A stretch of 64,000 bases of DNA, taken from positions 73,098,001-73,162,000 of the forward strand of contig OZ024745.1 in NCBI GenBank assembly GCA_964016885.1, in the 5' to 3' direction. The position numbers were made by a program, and so were the translations under genes. The stretch's first letter is position 1; each line of letters starts with the position of its first letter. This DNA is from Eledone cirrhosa (Eukaryota). Of this stretch, positions 1 to 12,356 are shown piece by piece. The notes beneath the pieces are model-generated. The model saw only the letters and a list, made by a program, of their open reading frames with translations. It was not told the origin of the DNA and did not search any database.

Positions 1-351
1 TAGAGCAATCGCTAGTTGAAATATTATGAACAAAACATTTTTATTTGCCGAAGAACATATTTTCAATACTGTTTGTGAATGTGACGAAGGAAATACATTC
101 TGATATGGAACAGTGTACAAAGTGTGTCTGTGAATAACATAATGTTACCTCATGTTGTTGTCAAGACATAATGGATTTCGTATATCCAGTTAGAAGATGA
201 AACCTAGCCATCTCGGATTAGTTATATTTCATGCCATGTGTAAACGTGTTTGAGGATAGCAAAATATGCGCGTTAATTATAATAATTAGTTAATAATATT
301 ACAAAATATACCTAATTAAACTCTTTGCTTGAAATTTTATCATTCTTCGTT

Positions 352-406
<55 letters not shown>

Positions 407-766
407 TTATCTAGTCCTTCGCTCAAGATTAATCTATAAGTTTAGATGTTTGCCTTCGTTTAAGTAAATATTACAGTAAGATTTTTAATATAAACAACTA
501 CAAAAAACGATTAATATTAAAACGAAAAAATTATCAATGATAAAAGAAGCGGATGCAACTTTTTTTTTTATAAAGTTATATTCCTGTTTCTTTAAAGAAC
601 ATTTCATTTTTGTTCTATTGTAGGCGAAATAATGCAATGGTTTAATAGGGAAGATATAACTTACCAATTATGTCTCTAACCGTGTAACGCTTTTTAAGTA
701 GATAACTACAATTGAAAATACTAAAGAAATGGAACCAACAATTCAATTTGAAAGTCGTCTAGTGAC

Positions 767-816
767 AGTGTATTACTGGTACTTTATTTTATCGACCCCG
801 TAACGATGAAAGGCAA
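767..816 (-). mobile_element. Fragment of tRNA-derived SINE family A (central domain only)
   Basis: ttactggtactttattttatcgaccccgtaacgatgaaaggcaaa matches the middle of the SINE copies at 2301, 7798, 14603 and 16980. Confidence 0.8.
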
Positions 817-1020
817 AAATGCAAATGCTTAAAATTTAAATTGCCTTAATTCTATCGTCTTCTGTTTCATTAAAGGGAGATTATCGTCTGTATTTAATTC
901 TATCGTCTACTGTTCCACTAAACAGATATACCTCCACTATCGTCTCTATTTATACAATTTAACTTATAACTTATACACATTTGATTTGAAATATTTTATC
1001 TAGTCCCCCCTCTCAATATT

Positions 1021-1062
1021 ATGATGATTTCTTTCGAATGAAACAGTTCTAGTCCTGTAGAA
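1021..1062 (+). ncRNA. Degenerate hammerhead ribozyme, same family as 23263-23314
   Basis: aTGATGA TTTC tttc GAAT GAAA CAG ttctagtc CTG TA gaa; near-identical to the 23 kb copies, but C3 is mutated and the 5' arm of stem I is lost. Confidence 0.6.
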
Positions 1063-1178
1063 GCCATTTATATATATAATTGAACTGAGTTAAAAATTCA
1101 CAATATTTATAATTAAATAAGCTCATATATATATGTGTGTATTTATCTGTTTATTGTATTATATATAATGTGTGTATA

Positions 1179-1240
1179 TACAGGATGTCCCCCAAAAATA
1201 TATACACACTTCAACAGCATTCTAATAACTATTGCCTGTA
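1179..1240. mobile_element. Tc1/mariner-type MITE terminal fragment
   Basis: TA-CAGGATGTCCCCCAAAAATATATACACACTT resembles mariner-type TIRs (TA+CAGGGTGTCC...); no partner end found. Confidence 0.4.
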
Positions 1241-1812
1241 CAGGTAATCAAAGTGTCAATCGAATGTTAGTTTCGTGTTTTAACAGTACAAATTTACAAT
1301 ACACACATAAAACCAGTGTATATACATACATGAGTATGTATACACATACATGAATGTGTATATACAATATATATGTATATATATATAGACACATATATTC
1401 ACGGTGCAACGGTACATTAAAATATAGATGCGGGAGAGGGGGGGGGGGTGTATATATAGGGGCGCTGGGGATAAAGGAGTGTAAAGCGTGTGTAATTGAT
1501 ATATTGAAGGAGAGGAGCGTGCAGCGATAGAGTAACAAATATATAGAGAGGGGGAGAGATGGTATTGAAGGGGAGGAGTGCAAAGCGAAAGAGTAAGAGA
1601 TATATATAGAGACGGAACAGATAGAGAGAAACAGGCGTAAGTAACAGTGGAAGAGATATAGAGAGAGGTACTCTGATTGGTTGAAAATTAGCCAATGACA
1701 TACGATCACCACCACCACGGCTATCCCCGAAAAATTTTTAAAGAAGCTAGGCATATATGTTAGAACACGAAAAGTGAACATTCTGTTGTTTCACACTTTT
1801 CGTGTTCTAACA

Positions 1813-1887
1813 GATATATATATTATATATATATATATATATATCATATATATATATTATATATATATATATATTATATATATATAT

Positions 1888-1921
<34 letters not shown>

Positions 1922-2300
1922 ATATATATATATTATATATATATATATATTATATATATATATATATTATATATATATATTATATATATATATTATATAT
2001 TATATATATATATTATATATATTATATATTATATATTATATATTATATATATATATTATATATATATTATATATATATATTATATATATATAATATATAT
2101 ATATAATATATATATATATATATTATATATATATTATATATATATAATATATATATATAATATATATATTATATATATATATATATTATATATATATATT
2201 ATATATGCATATTATATATATATATTATATATATATATTATATATATATATATTATATATATATATTATATATATATATATATTATATATATATATTATA
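1813..2300. repeat. (TA)n microsatellite with TTA interruptions
   Basis: Directly visible; continues at 2491-2607 after the SINE. Confidence 0.95.
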
Positions 2301-2490
2301 AGGCGGTGGATTGGCAGTATCGGTAGAGGGTCGGACGCCATGCTTTGACGCACAGAGTTACAGCCCTTGCCATTCTGAGTTCAAATCTCGCCAAGGTTAA
2401 CTTTGCCTTTCATCCTTACGGGGTCGATAAAATAAAGTACCAGTAATACACTGGGTAATTGCTGGCCTTGTGCCTAACGTAGAAACAATT
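2301..2490 (+). mobile_element. tRNA-derived SINE family A, full-length copy inserted in (TA)n
   Basis: A-box-like TGGCAGTATCGG, B-box-like GAGTTCAAATC, conserved core GCCTTTCATCCTTACGGGGTCGATAAAATAAAGTACC; several copies in the window. Confidence 0.85.
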
Positions 2491-2608
2491 ATTTATATAT
2501 ATATTATATATATATATATATTATATATATATATTATATATATATATATATTATATTTATATATTATATATATATATATATTATATATATATATTATATA
2601 TATATAAT

Positions 2609-2670
2609 AACCCAGGAATCAAACCCACAGTATTGAGATTGTAAGTCCAACACCCTTACCACTCGGCCAA
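2609..2670 (-). mobile_element. tRNA-like SINE head (not a functional tRNA)
   Basis: Reverse complement TGGCCGAGTGGTAAGGGTGTTGGACTTACAATC...GGTTTGATTCCTGG has A and B boxes but no closed acceptor stem. Confidence 0.6.
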
Positions 2671-3232
2671 AAAGATGGTGCACCAGAAACATCAAACAAC
2701 TTTAGATAAGCTCATCACCCTTGATGATGATAATATTCTAGTACTTTCAATACATCCCCCGCCTCACAGAATAGTCAACATCTTCTGTGGTGAGAAACTC
2801 CTCTTAGAGTCCTCTATTATCATATTTCAATTCTTATTTATTTATTCTCTAATGCATTTCACTCCAAATGGTTATTTATATACATACGGCACAATATGTG
2901 TTTAAAAATTGTTATTTTTATCTATAAAAGTGTTTGAATTATTGTTTCTTTTGTTCGTTGTTTCGTTGTTTGTTTGTTATCTTTTTTTTTTTTTTTTTTT
3001 TTTTTACAAAATAAACAACAAATTTATTAGAACACATCTCAATTTATAACATAAATGTTAATGAGAAAATAGGTTTCTTGTTTGAGAATTTCAGATTATG
3101 GCAGCATTTTCAGGAATACAAAAGTTTTGTAGTGTTGGTGGGAGGAGTATATATATCATCATCATTATCATCACCAACAAGCTGTCCCGTGGTGAGACAA
3201 GCCAGGTGGGATGACCATGTTTTGCTCATACA

Positions 3233-3269
<37 letters not shown>

Positions 3270-3345
3270 TATGATGCCAAATTAAAAAAAAACACAGAGC
3301 AATGATATAGATACATATATGTGTGTGTATGTGTATATCTATATC

Positions 3346-3389
<44 letters not shown>

Positions 3390-3458
3390 TATATGATGCC
3401 AAATTAAAAAAAACACAGAGCAATGATATAGATACATATATGTGTGTGTATGTGTATA

Positions 3459-3498
<40 letters not shown>

Positions 3499-4065
3499 AA
3501 AAATAAACAAAAATATCAAAGCAAACGAAACTGTAAAATGAAGAAATATATTAGTTTAATGTTTCAGATTCTAGTCTTTCACCAGAAAATAGAATGAAAA
3601 ATAAAACATGAAATAGAAAGATAAAGAGTGAGAAAAGGAAGGAATTGGAAAAAAAAATGAGAAAAAAAACCATGTGTATTCAGTCATCCATCTATCAATG
3701 TATCTCTCTCTCTCACTCTCTCTCTCTATGTATATATATATATATACATAGATACACATATTGTAAGCAAAGTTAAATATATATTTAGCTTTGTAGTTAA
3801 AATAGCCCCATGGTTAAATTGCGTATTAATCAGTAGCCAGTGAAAGAGATTAATTTGAATAATTAATTACTGCTGAGTTTCACTAAAGCCATTGTCTAGA
3901 ATCACTTATTCTTTCCTGGTTGCTGAGAACCAGTTTTGCACCTCTATAAATAAATCTATTTTCACAGTGAGATCAAAACCATGTTTATTTAACACATGAT
4001 TTGTTGTCATGAGAAACATTTACTGTAAATCAAAACATTTTATTTGGCTAAATGTGTAATATTAA

Positions 4066-4255
4066 TCATCATCATCATCATTTCATTTTACGTCCACTTT
4101 TTCCCTGCTTGCAAGGGTGGGACAGGAACTGATTCTGGCTTGATTTCTACAGCTGGATGCCCTTCCTAACACCAACCTCATTTACAGTGAGTGCTGGGTG
4201 CTTTTTTGCCGTGGCACCTCCATGACCACTTTGCAGTGGAATGATAGGGACCCCT
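4066..4255 (-). mobile_element. Non-autonomous RTE-tailed SINE-like element (family B)
   Basis: Contains GGTTGGTGTTAGGAAGGGCATCCAGCTGTAGAAA; ends in TCCCACCCTTGCAAGCAGGGAAAAAGTGGACGTAAAATG...(ATG)n, matching the RTE tail at 41488-41545; second copy at 51776-51966. Confidence 0.8.
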
Positions 4256-5319
4256 CTACAGCTGAGTAAACTGGAGCAATGTGAAATAAAGTGTCTTGCT
4301 CAAGGATCACCCGGTCTGAGATTAATGTTTATGTAAAATGGCAGGTGACCAACTTTCAACTAAAATTATCCCATAATACCCCTAGACTTGAAGTAGTAAC
4401 AATAATTTCATAGCATTCAGTGACACTTTAAAAAATCTCATCTTTCTGGTACATTTCAAATCCTTGTTGAACTATGAAAAAATTCAAGTGGTAGGACCAT
4501 GATTTCCTTTAACCACATCAATGCTGAACTTCTACTAACATACTCACATGCTTGTTGAGATTGATTTCTCAGTTTGTCACTGTTACAATTATCAATGGAA
4601 CACTCATTAGCAGACCAAGAACTTTCTTGGGCTAGATTCTTCAACAAGTCAACATAGCAACTATCATAAAAGAAATTCTTTCAAGGGGAATCAGTGTTTT
4701 ATTGTCTTCCTCTGGTACTTGGTCTTCCAAATAAGAGCTAAATCTTCAGTTGCAGCAGTGTCAATTCAACTATTTGAGCATAAAATTAAACATTCCATGT
4801 AATCTTCTCCAGGTTCAGATAACCATCCAGATAAAGATATTCTTTGTCAATTGGTGGCTGTACTTGTTCAGTGTAAGTGCAATTCTTTTTACATAATTAG
4901 GTAGTGGTAGCTGCAGATATATAGAAACCACATAATATGACAGCTGTGGCTTGATAATGTCTGTTATCCTCACACCAGTAATTAGTATAGGTTTGGTTGT
5001 AATTATGTAGAGATCCAAAATGAATACCACAAAGCAATCTATCCAACACTCTAATAACTCTGCAAAAATAAAAAGAACAGACATGTCAGATAGCAGGAAG
5101 TTAGTGAGTTCAAGAACTTAAGTCATCAAGAAATCATACTAAGTTTTAGATGGAAGTCATTTAAGAAATGGAAGGTGGTGAGAATTGACCTTGTGTAGGT
5201 TTATTGAATTTGCCTCTGTTTATTGTAATGGTGCTCATAAAGAATACAGAGAAACATTTTTTAATGAAGCCTGCTATCAGTGTAAGTGTGATGTAAGTGA
5301 ATTATTCTCATGATTAATT

Positions 5320-5702
5320 AGTGGTACAAATGGAGAAATTATTAACATTGTAGTGGAAGACTTGAACCAGAAAAGCATTCCACTGAGTTAAGCTATAATT
5401 TGTACTAAGGTTAAGTTAATTTTTAAAAACAGAGAGAATGAGGATGGAGAGCATAATAGCAACTTTCAAATATTTGCAGGCTAACAGTGTTGAAGTGTTG
5501 AAGTGTTAAGAAAACTGGTGAAGCAGAAAGTATATATATATATATATATAGAAGTAGCTAAACCATTTTCTGCAGAATTTCAAGCTATCATACAGAACAG
5601 GGAATATCTTGAGGATTTGATATTTAATATAGATGAAACAAAGTTATAATGGAAGTAAATATTTTCAGAGCCTTTTATTGCTATTTAAGAATATTTTGTT
5701 CC
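5320..5702 (+). pseudogene. Tigger/pogo transposase fossil, interrupted by a CR1-group LINE (resumes about 6749-6800)
   Basis: Manual translation gives MEKLL..VEDLNQKSIPLS..IICTKVKLIF, VKKTGEAES, LIFNIDETKL*WK; after the LINE, FKTVIHRL corresponds to the pogo PGFKxxKDRLT motif. Confidence 0.7.
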
Positions 5703-5708
5703 ATGATT

Positions 5709-6750
5709 CTCATCCTCATCTCTGACATAGATGATGATACAACCAGCAACGTCTCATCCTTTGCTGATGACACCAGGGTCATGAGACAAATCAAAGACGA
5801 GGTGGATACAGAGGCCTTACAAAAGGACCTGACCACCATATACAAATGGCAGGAAACAAACAACATGTTGTTCAATGATAAGAAGTTTGAACTAATTCGC
5901 TACGGAACAGATCAAGATCTGAAAAATACAACAAACTACAGAAACCCATCAGGACAACAAATAATGGAAAAACAGTGTGTGAAAGATTTAGGCATCCACA
6001 TGGGAACCAGCTTAAAATTCAGAGAACACCTTGACTCAGTCTGTCTTACTGCAAGAAAGTACAGCGGGTGGATCTTGCGCACCTTCAAATCAAGAGATAC
6101 CTCAACAATGAAAACCCTCTGGAACAGTATGATACTTCCGAGGATTGACTACTGTTCTCAGTTGTGGTCACCAACAACAAAGGGCCAACTATCTAAGATG
6201 GAATTGCTCCAAAGAAATTTTACCTCATACTTCTCAGAAACGAGGGACCTGGACTATTGGCAAAGACTCAAAACCTTGAAGATGTACTCAATAGAAAGAA
6301 GATTTGAGTGATACCGAATTATATACATTTGGAAAATGATAGAGCAAAAGGTGCCAAACTTTGGTATCAAAACCTACCACTCACTGCGCCACGGAAGACG
6401 CTGCCAGCTACCACCAATCAACAAAAAGGCTGGCCAGGCAGCAAAAACCCTGCGAGAGTCAAGTCTGTTGGTTCGAGGGGCACAACTATTCAACTCCATT
6501 CCGGTACATGTCAGAAATCTATCAGGATGCAGTGTCGAATCATTCAAATTGCAGCTGGATAGATACTTAAGCACCATTAGAGATGAACCCCATCTCCCAG
6601 GATATACACAACGAGCACAAACTGACTCAAACTCGCTCCTACACATGTCAAAATTAAACAGAGAATCCAACCTGGCAACCACACCAGACTCTGAGGGTGG
6701 AGTCTTCGACTTGGCCTGAGCATGGACTCAAACTCAAATGAAATGAAATG
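5709..6750 (+). mobile_element. 5'-truncated CR1-group LINE (RT C-terminal part, premature stop at 6309)
   Basis: ORFs 5649-6311 and 6336-6719: SSFADDTRV, KDLGI, PRIDYCSQLWSP, LKMYSIERR; (AAATG)n tail; candidate TSD ATGATT at 5703-5708 and 6748-6753. Confidence 0.9.
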
Positions 6751-6854
6751 ATTTAAAACTGTCATACATAGGCTAATTTCTACCTGCTGGTAATGTTTCA
6801 ATGTTTAAAATTGAAATTGTAATTTCCAATTCATCAATGTTTACATATTCTAAC

Positions 6855-7171
6855 TGGCTGCACTCAAAGTGTCTTTGACCCAGTTGACTGGATTTTTCCA
6901 TTTTTCTCAATTACCGGACATGCCTGCACACCTGCTCACAGCTGCGGTCAGACTATAGTTATGCTGTCTGCAAGCTCATTCAAATGCATTCACACTGGCT
7001 GTCTCAAAGACATACAAATATGGCTTATAAAACTTATCAAAATAAAGAGCCTTCCAGCCCCTCCCAGCTCCAAACGCCCCCTAACGCGACCTTGCTCCCA
7101 AACGCCCCCCCCCCCCTGGAGTTCAGAAACGCCCCCAGGGGGTGCATATGCCCCCCGTTGAGAACCTTTGT
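6855..7171. mobile_element. Probable hAT (Charlie-like) non-autonomous element, right end
   Basis: GC-rich subterminal GCCCCC repeats ending in CCCCGTTGAGAACCTTTG (reverse complement resembles the CAGTGGTTCTCAAC TIR), followed by TTCTAAAC; left boundary uncertain. Confidence 0.45.
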
Positions 7172-7479
7172 TCTAAACTAACAATTTAATATTATATTTA
7201 TTAGTAAAAAATTACATTAACATGCTTTTATTGAAAATCAATAAATTTTAGGATGCTTTGACTGCAATCCCATTCACTCTATTACATATACTGAACAAAA
7301 TACAAAGAAACTATCATAGAAAAACGACAAACAAACAACATGAACAGTAGTAGTAGTAGTAGTAAAAGCAACAACCATATCAACAACAGATAAACAAAAA
7401 ATTCCACAATCAAGATTAAGTTGAAATGTGGACAAATAGATGCATATAGGCCTAAGCTATAGACCAGAGTATATATACA

Positions 7480-7773
7480 ATTAATTAGTCACTAAATAGA
7501 AGTAAACAAAAGTATAGCCAGTCAAAACACAGAGGAGCCGAACTCCCATTGTCATCGCTGCCATTTCTCTCCTCCTCCCCATCTCTCACTGTTATGAACA
7601 AATGGGGTCCCCGGGGGACAGAATAGCGAAAGCGTTCCCCGGAGGATGGTGAGGAGGATGCGCTGGAAGAGCCATTCCATCTCGTGAGGCTCACACCTGC
7701 GGCTAACCAGTTCAGAGCGTATGGTGGTGAGTAGTGAGGTAGCCCTAGGACCAAGGACACGAGAAGTCTGCAC
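7480..7773 (-). mobile_element. 3' end of a CRE-clade non-LTR retrotransposon (restriction-like endonuclease tail)
   Basis: VQTSRVLGPRATSLL...CEPHEMEWLFQRILLTILRG then, with a 1-nt shift, NAFAILS; matches the CRE C-terminal pattern ETxGxxGPxA...GEPRxxxxLxQRxSxAIxRGNA. Confidence 0.7.
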
Positions 7774-7797
7774 TATTATACATATAATATATATAAA

Positions 7798-7984
7798 TAA
7801 TTGTTTCTACTTTTGGCATAAGGCCAGCAATTATCCCAGTACATTACTGGTACTTTATTTTATCGACCCCGTAAGGATGAAAGGCAAAGTGAACCTCGGT
7901 GGGATTTGAACTCAGACTATAAAGGGGCGTAACTCTTTGTTGCAAAGCATGGCGTCTGACCTTCTACCAATGCCTCCAATCCCA
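7798..7984 (-). mobile_element. tRNA-derived SINE family A
   Basis: Reverse-complement homolog of 2301-2490 over its full length. Confidence 0.85.
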
Positions 7985-8519
7985 TAATGCTTATATAATA
8001 CATCAGTCTATCTATATTTACTCTCAGGTCTTGAATAATCGTTCCCCTTTCCCCCGTGCTTATTAATATAAATTTAATTTTTATTATTTTCTTATGAGTA
8101 TTGAAAGAAGTCAATCATTTGGGGAGGGAGGGGGTGTTTCCATTCAGTAGAGAAAAAGAGAGAAAGGGAAAGAGAAAGGGTGGGAGAGAAAAATAAAGAA
8201 AAGAGACATGACAAGAGAGTGGGCAGGGGGAGAAAGAGTGAGTGATAGCTGCATTTAATAATTAGGGGAGAGGAAGGTAAACAAACTATTCTTTACGCAC
8301 ATTTTTAACTTTCCATTTTCTTCTATGCCAACCAGTCATCCCTCTCTCTTATTAAAGTGGATAATGCGATAGCGAGTGTGTGTCCGTGCATGTGCGTCAG
8401 CGTTCTTAAGTTAGACACACACACATATATATGTGTGTGTATCGGCGTTCTTCAATTTTCCTCCCTTTCTCTAATGTTAACGTAAGCAGACGATATATAA
8501 ATCATAAATTCACTCTCCT

Positions 8520-10990
8520 TGCATAAAAGATAAAAAATGCACCAAATATTATCCTAGAATTTTTATTCAGGAAACTTGCACAGACAATGATGGATACACC
8601 GTTTTCTCGTCGGCGTAGACCAGAACATGGAGGTAATACTGCAAACCTAACAGTTCGAGGGGTGGTTTTGATCATAGACAATCGATAGGTAGTCAGACAC
8701 AACAAAATGTTGGTTAAACTTCTAAAACCTCATATCAATGTTGAGCATTGCAGCTCTGTCAAATCTATGCTATATATCACAAAATATATGAACAAGAGCA
8801 TTGACATGGCTATCTCTGTTATTGACAAGGAAATCAATTGTGGTGGGCTGGATGAAGTCAAATAGTATCAGACAGGCCAATACATCTCCAACAATGAAGT
8901 TATCTGGTGGATCTTTGGATTTGGTATCCAACAACACCACCCAACCGTGGTCAGCCTAGCAGTTCATCTGGAAAATGGACAGAGAGTGTACTTCACTGAG
9001 ACCAATGCTCATCAGTTGTCACAAGCATCACCTGACACTACTCTAACTGTTTTTTTAAAACTCTGCCAATATGTCGGACGACTATCTACACTTAGCCTGA
9101 AGACACCATGACAATATGTATATAGAATATACCCCCAGGATTTGCAATCAAGCTCTCTGCGACCTTTCCCATTGAGTTCAGGCAATGAATGGCACATTAG
9201 CTATTGTGGGATGCCAGAGCCAGTTGAAGAAATTGAGGTAGCACAAGAGACTTTTCAGGAGACAAACTAAGATATTCAAGCCTTGTGTAAGTTTGTAGAT
9301 GCAAATGAATCTTTATTTGTAGATGATCAGAAATACGCCTACCACAACATAATGAGAAACATTCAAAATGACAGGGGAGGACTTTTCTTTATCGATGCTC
9401 CTGCTGGCACAGGTAATATATTCCTCATAAACCTCCTGCTTGCAAATGCTCGTCAAAAGCAAAATATTGCCCTTGCTGTGGTTTCAAGTGGCATTGCAGC
9501 AACACTTCTGGATGGAAGAAGAACTGCACACTCCATGTTTAAGCTGCCCATACACCTCACACGACATGAATAATCTTTTTTCAACATCAAGAAGAACTCA
9601 CCCATGGGGATGAAGCAAACAAGAGCCATAAACGAGCAATTGAAGCTTTGGATCGGTCAATAAAGGATCTGAGAGAAAATGGGAGGAGTAACAATGATTG
9701 TTGCTGGTGATTTCAGACAAACTCCAGCAATTGACTGGTGATGAAGGTGTCAGTGTGTTTGCCATCCAACTACTTAAATTGGAAAATGAGCTTCTTGAAA
9801 AGAACTCCAACAAGCAGCTTCAGTTGTTATTTGGCCATATCATTGACACACAACAAGAACCCATTGCCAGTGTTTCCAAACATTCAGATCAGACAATGTA
9901 ATCCCAAATGGCTGTGAACGAGCAATCTTAGCACTGAAAAATGTTGCTGTGAAAGAAATCAACAGAAGGACATGTTACCAAGAGAGAAAAGATGTTACAA
10001 ATCAGTTGACACAATCATCTCTTAAGACCAGGTGGTTAACTATCCAACTGAATTTTTGAACTAGCAGGAATTTATACTGAAGCTTGAAGCATCGGTTATG
10101 CTACTTCATAATCTGGATCCTCAAAAACTTTGCAATAGCACAAGACTCATCATTAAAAATATGATGCTCACTCTCCTAGAAGTCGCAATCATGTCAGGAA
10201 AATTTGCTGGTGACAATTGTTTCATTCATAGAATACCTCTGAAACCAATTGATTTGCCATTTGAATTTCAAAAGCTTCAATTTCCTATCAGACTCAGTTT
10301 TGCCTTTCAAGGGCAATCATTGAAAACTGTTGGGTTTGTAGCGCTCTCTAGACAGGGAAGTAGTTAGAGTTACTTCCCGTTGAAAGTCTAGAACCCTCTT
10401 TTGCAACTTCTGGAAAGAGGTTATAAATAGAGGCAACCAAGCCCGCTCTTCCTCTCTTTGGAGCTTTCCTTCGAACCTACAACACTGGAGATGAACATGT
10501 TAACCACGAACTTGGTCTAAACCTAAATATGCGTGAGGATATTTTGTGTACCACGATTATGACGGAGTTAAAATAAAATGAAGACTTGTATTTGATATGG
10601 TGTTTTGTAAATATATCTTATCCTTTTCTGTATAAAAATTAGTAGTTAGATTCTGGTGATATTTACTCAAGTAAATAATCCTGGGTCTGACAGAACACTA
10701 AAGGTTGAACCTGGCAGATACTGTCTTTTCACATGGTCAGTTCTATGTTAGTACTACAAGGTTTGGAAACCCCTATTGTCTCTTCATTGTAGCACCACAG
10801 GGCAAAACCAAGAATGTTGTTAATCCAGAGGCTTTGGAATGAGCAATATTGTAATTCCTCATTTAGTGACAATACACACAGATCCTAATTCCTTAGTCAT
10901 ATAGTTTGTAAGGAATTCTGAAGTCACAACTTTACTGCATAGTATTACATTGGAAGAATATGCAGGCATTCCTGGGTACCTCTGCTATAT
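8520..10990 (+). mobile_element. Decayed autonomous-type Helitron (Rep + PIF1-like helicase pseudogene)
   Basis: Rep motifs CTKYYP...HINVEHCSSVKSMLYITKYMNK and LAVHLENGQRVYF; helicase FIDAPAGTG, SSGIAATLLDGRRTAHSMFKLP, MLLHNLDP..LCNSTRL, QFPIRLSFA, QGQSL, FSHGQFYV; degenerate 3' hairpin and CTAG-like end near 10963-10988. Confidence 0.9.
10337..10702 (+). mobile_element. Solo LTR (Gypsy-like), 366 bp, inserted in the Helitron helicase
   Basis: Termini TGTAGCG...CACTAAA (one mismatch from CACTACA); 4-bp TSD GGTT at 10333-10336 and 10703-10706; internal TATAAATA and AATAAA; removing it restores helicase LKTVGLNL. Confidence 0.8.
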
Positions 10991-12159
10991 AAAGTAGTAT
11001 AAGTGAGATCTTTGTGTGGTAGAAATAGCAGCCAAATTTGCTTCAAATCCCACCCTACTTTCTCGTGTAAGTATATATGTATGAAGCAACAAAGAAAGGT
11101 TCTATGTGATATCTCGATCTATTAGAGATATTAGCAAAATCTATTTCAAATCACAGCCAACTGTCTTACACATACATACATGTGTATGTATGTATGTCAT
11201 GGGAGCCACTATAACTGTTAGTATACCTAATAGAAATAGAAAACAACTTTCCCCCAAACATGATTATATTGCCATAGAGGCAAAGATGCTGAAAGCTACA
11301 GTGTAAAAATCTAAATACACTATCCTGAACTACAAAATGGGTAATTAAATGCTAAATTAGAAACCCTTGTCTTAAGCATTATTCTACATTTTATGGGCAT
11401 GGTTACATATATAATTTCATAATTTCTAATTTCTAAAATGTTCATACAAGGGTACAAGGAACAACTCTCTATAATCCTATGTATTCTGTAATTTGCATGT
11501 GTCTGTTTTTATTGGTTCCTATTGTATATTTTATGTACTTGTTTCATGGTTTTACATTTGAAAAGGAATTTATTTCTAAATTTATCTGAGAAACTTTATT
11601 TTATAATTTAATAGAATTACAAACAATAAATCAATTCACATTTGTATAAATAGTATTGGTGGAAATTGATGGAAATATGAAAGAAAAAAAAGGATAAAAA
11701 GGAAACCAAGCAACAAACAGAGGGGGGGGGGGGGTAAAGTATAGGAAAGTAGGAGAAAGGAAGTAAAAAACAAGGACTATGAAGACATTGTCATTTTTAG
11801 TATGAGGGCTCCTTATGAGTGGATTAGCTTTCTGCCATGTTACTTTAATTTGTTATGTTAAAGGTCACGGCTGGTTGGTTGAGTCATTAGAATGTTGAAC
11901 TACCAATCAAAGGGGTGACAGTTGCTACCTTGATCAATTGTGCCAAAAGATTTAACAGTCATTGGTTCACTACCTAGTAGTAAGAACCATGTTTGTATAA
12001 GCAGAGAAAATTGATGGTTCATTAGTTTGCAGTGTTAAGAGTGAGTATAGCTTGCAATAAAGTATGAGGAGATGAATAGATACACAGTATAAAATATTAA
12101 GTTGCAGAAGTAACCCTGTGACCCAATGGAGGCAGATTTTGTGTTTAACTGAAAATTAG

Positions 12160-12356
12160 GAAAGAATTGCTGGACAAATCCAACCAGCAAGAGACCCAGG
12201 GGTAGACCCCAAGCAAGATGGTTGGATAACATGTTTGATCTTGGGTGGTCTCATTTGGGCATCAGTCGGAAACGGTTGCTTCTAACAGGGCCCACAGGAA
12301 AGAGAGTTTGGGAAGTCTGTCCCCACGACCCTCACAAGAAGAAGACGATGACGACT
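12160..12356 (+). mobile_element. Old RTE LINE 3' fragment (family 3)
   Basis: PTSKRPRGRPQARWLDNMFDLGWSHLGI with a (GAA/GAT)n tail; homologous to the 52095-52860 fragment. Confidence 0.65.

Noticed and set aside
1-760. Minus-strand host exons (donor-like GGTAAGT near 659-665, open frame over 1-135)
   Set aside because: Isolated signals in AT-rich DNA with no recognisable protein; not supportable.
2609-2670. tRNA gene
   Set aside because: A and B boxes are present, but no acceptor stem or complete cloverleaf; treated as a SINE head.
2760-2820. Hammerhead-like half GAAA-CTC..GAG-TC preceded by a hairpin
   Set aside because: No CUGANGA-like core or stem I partner upstream.
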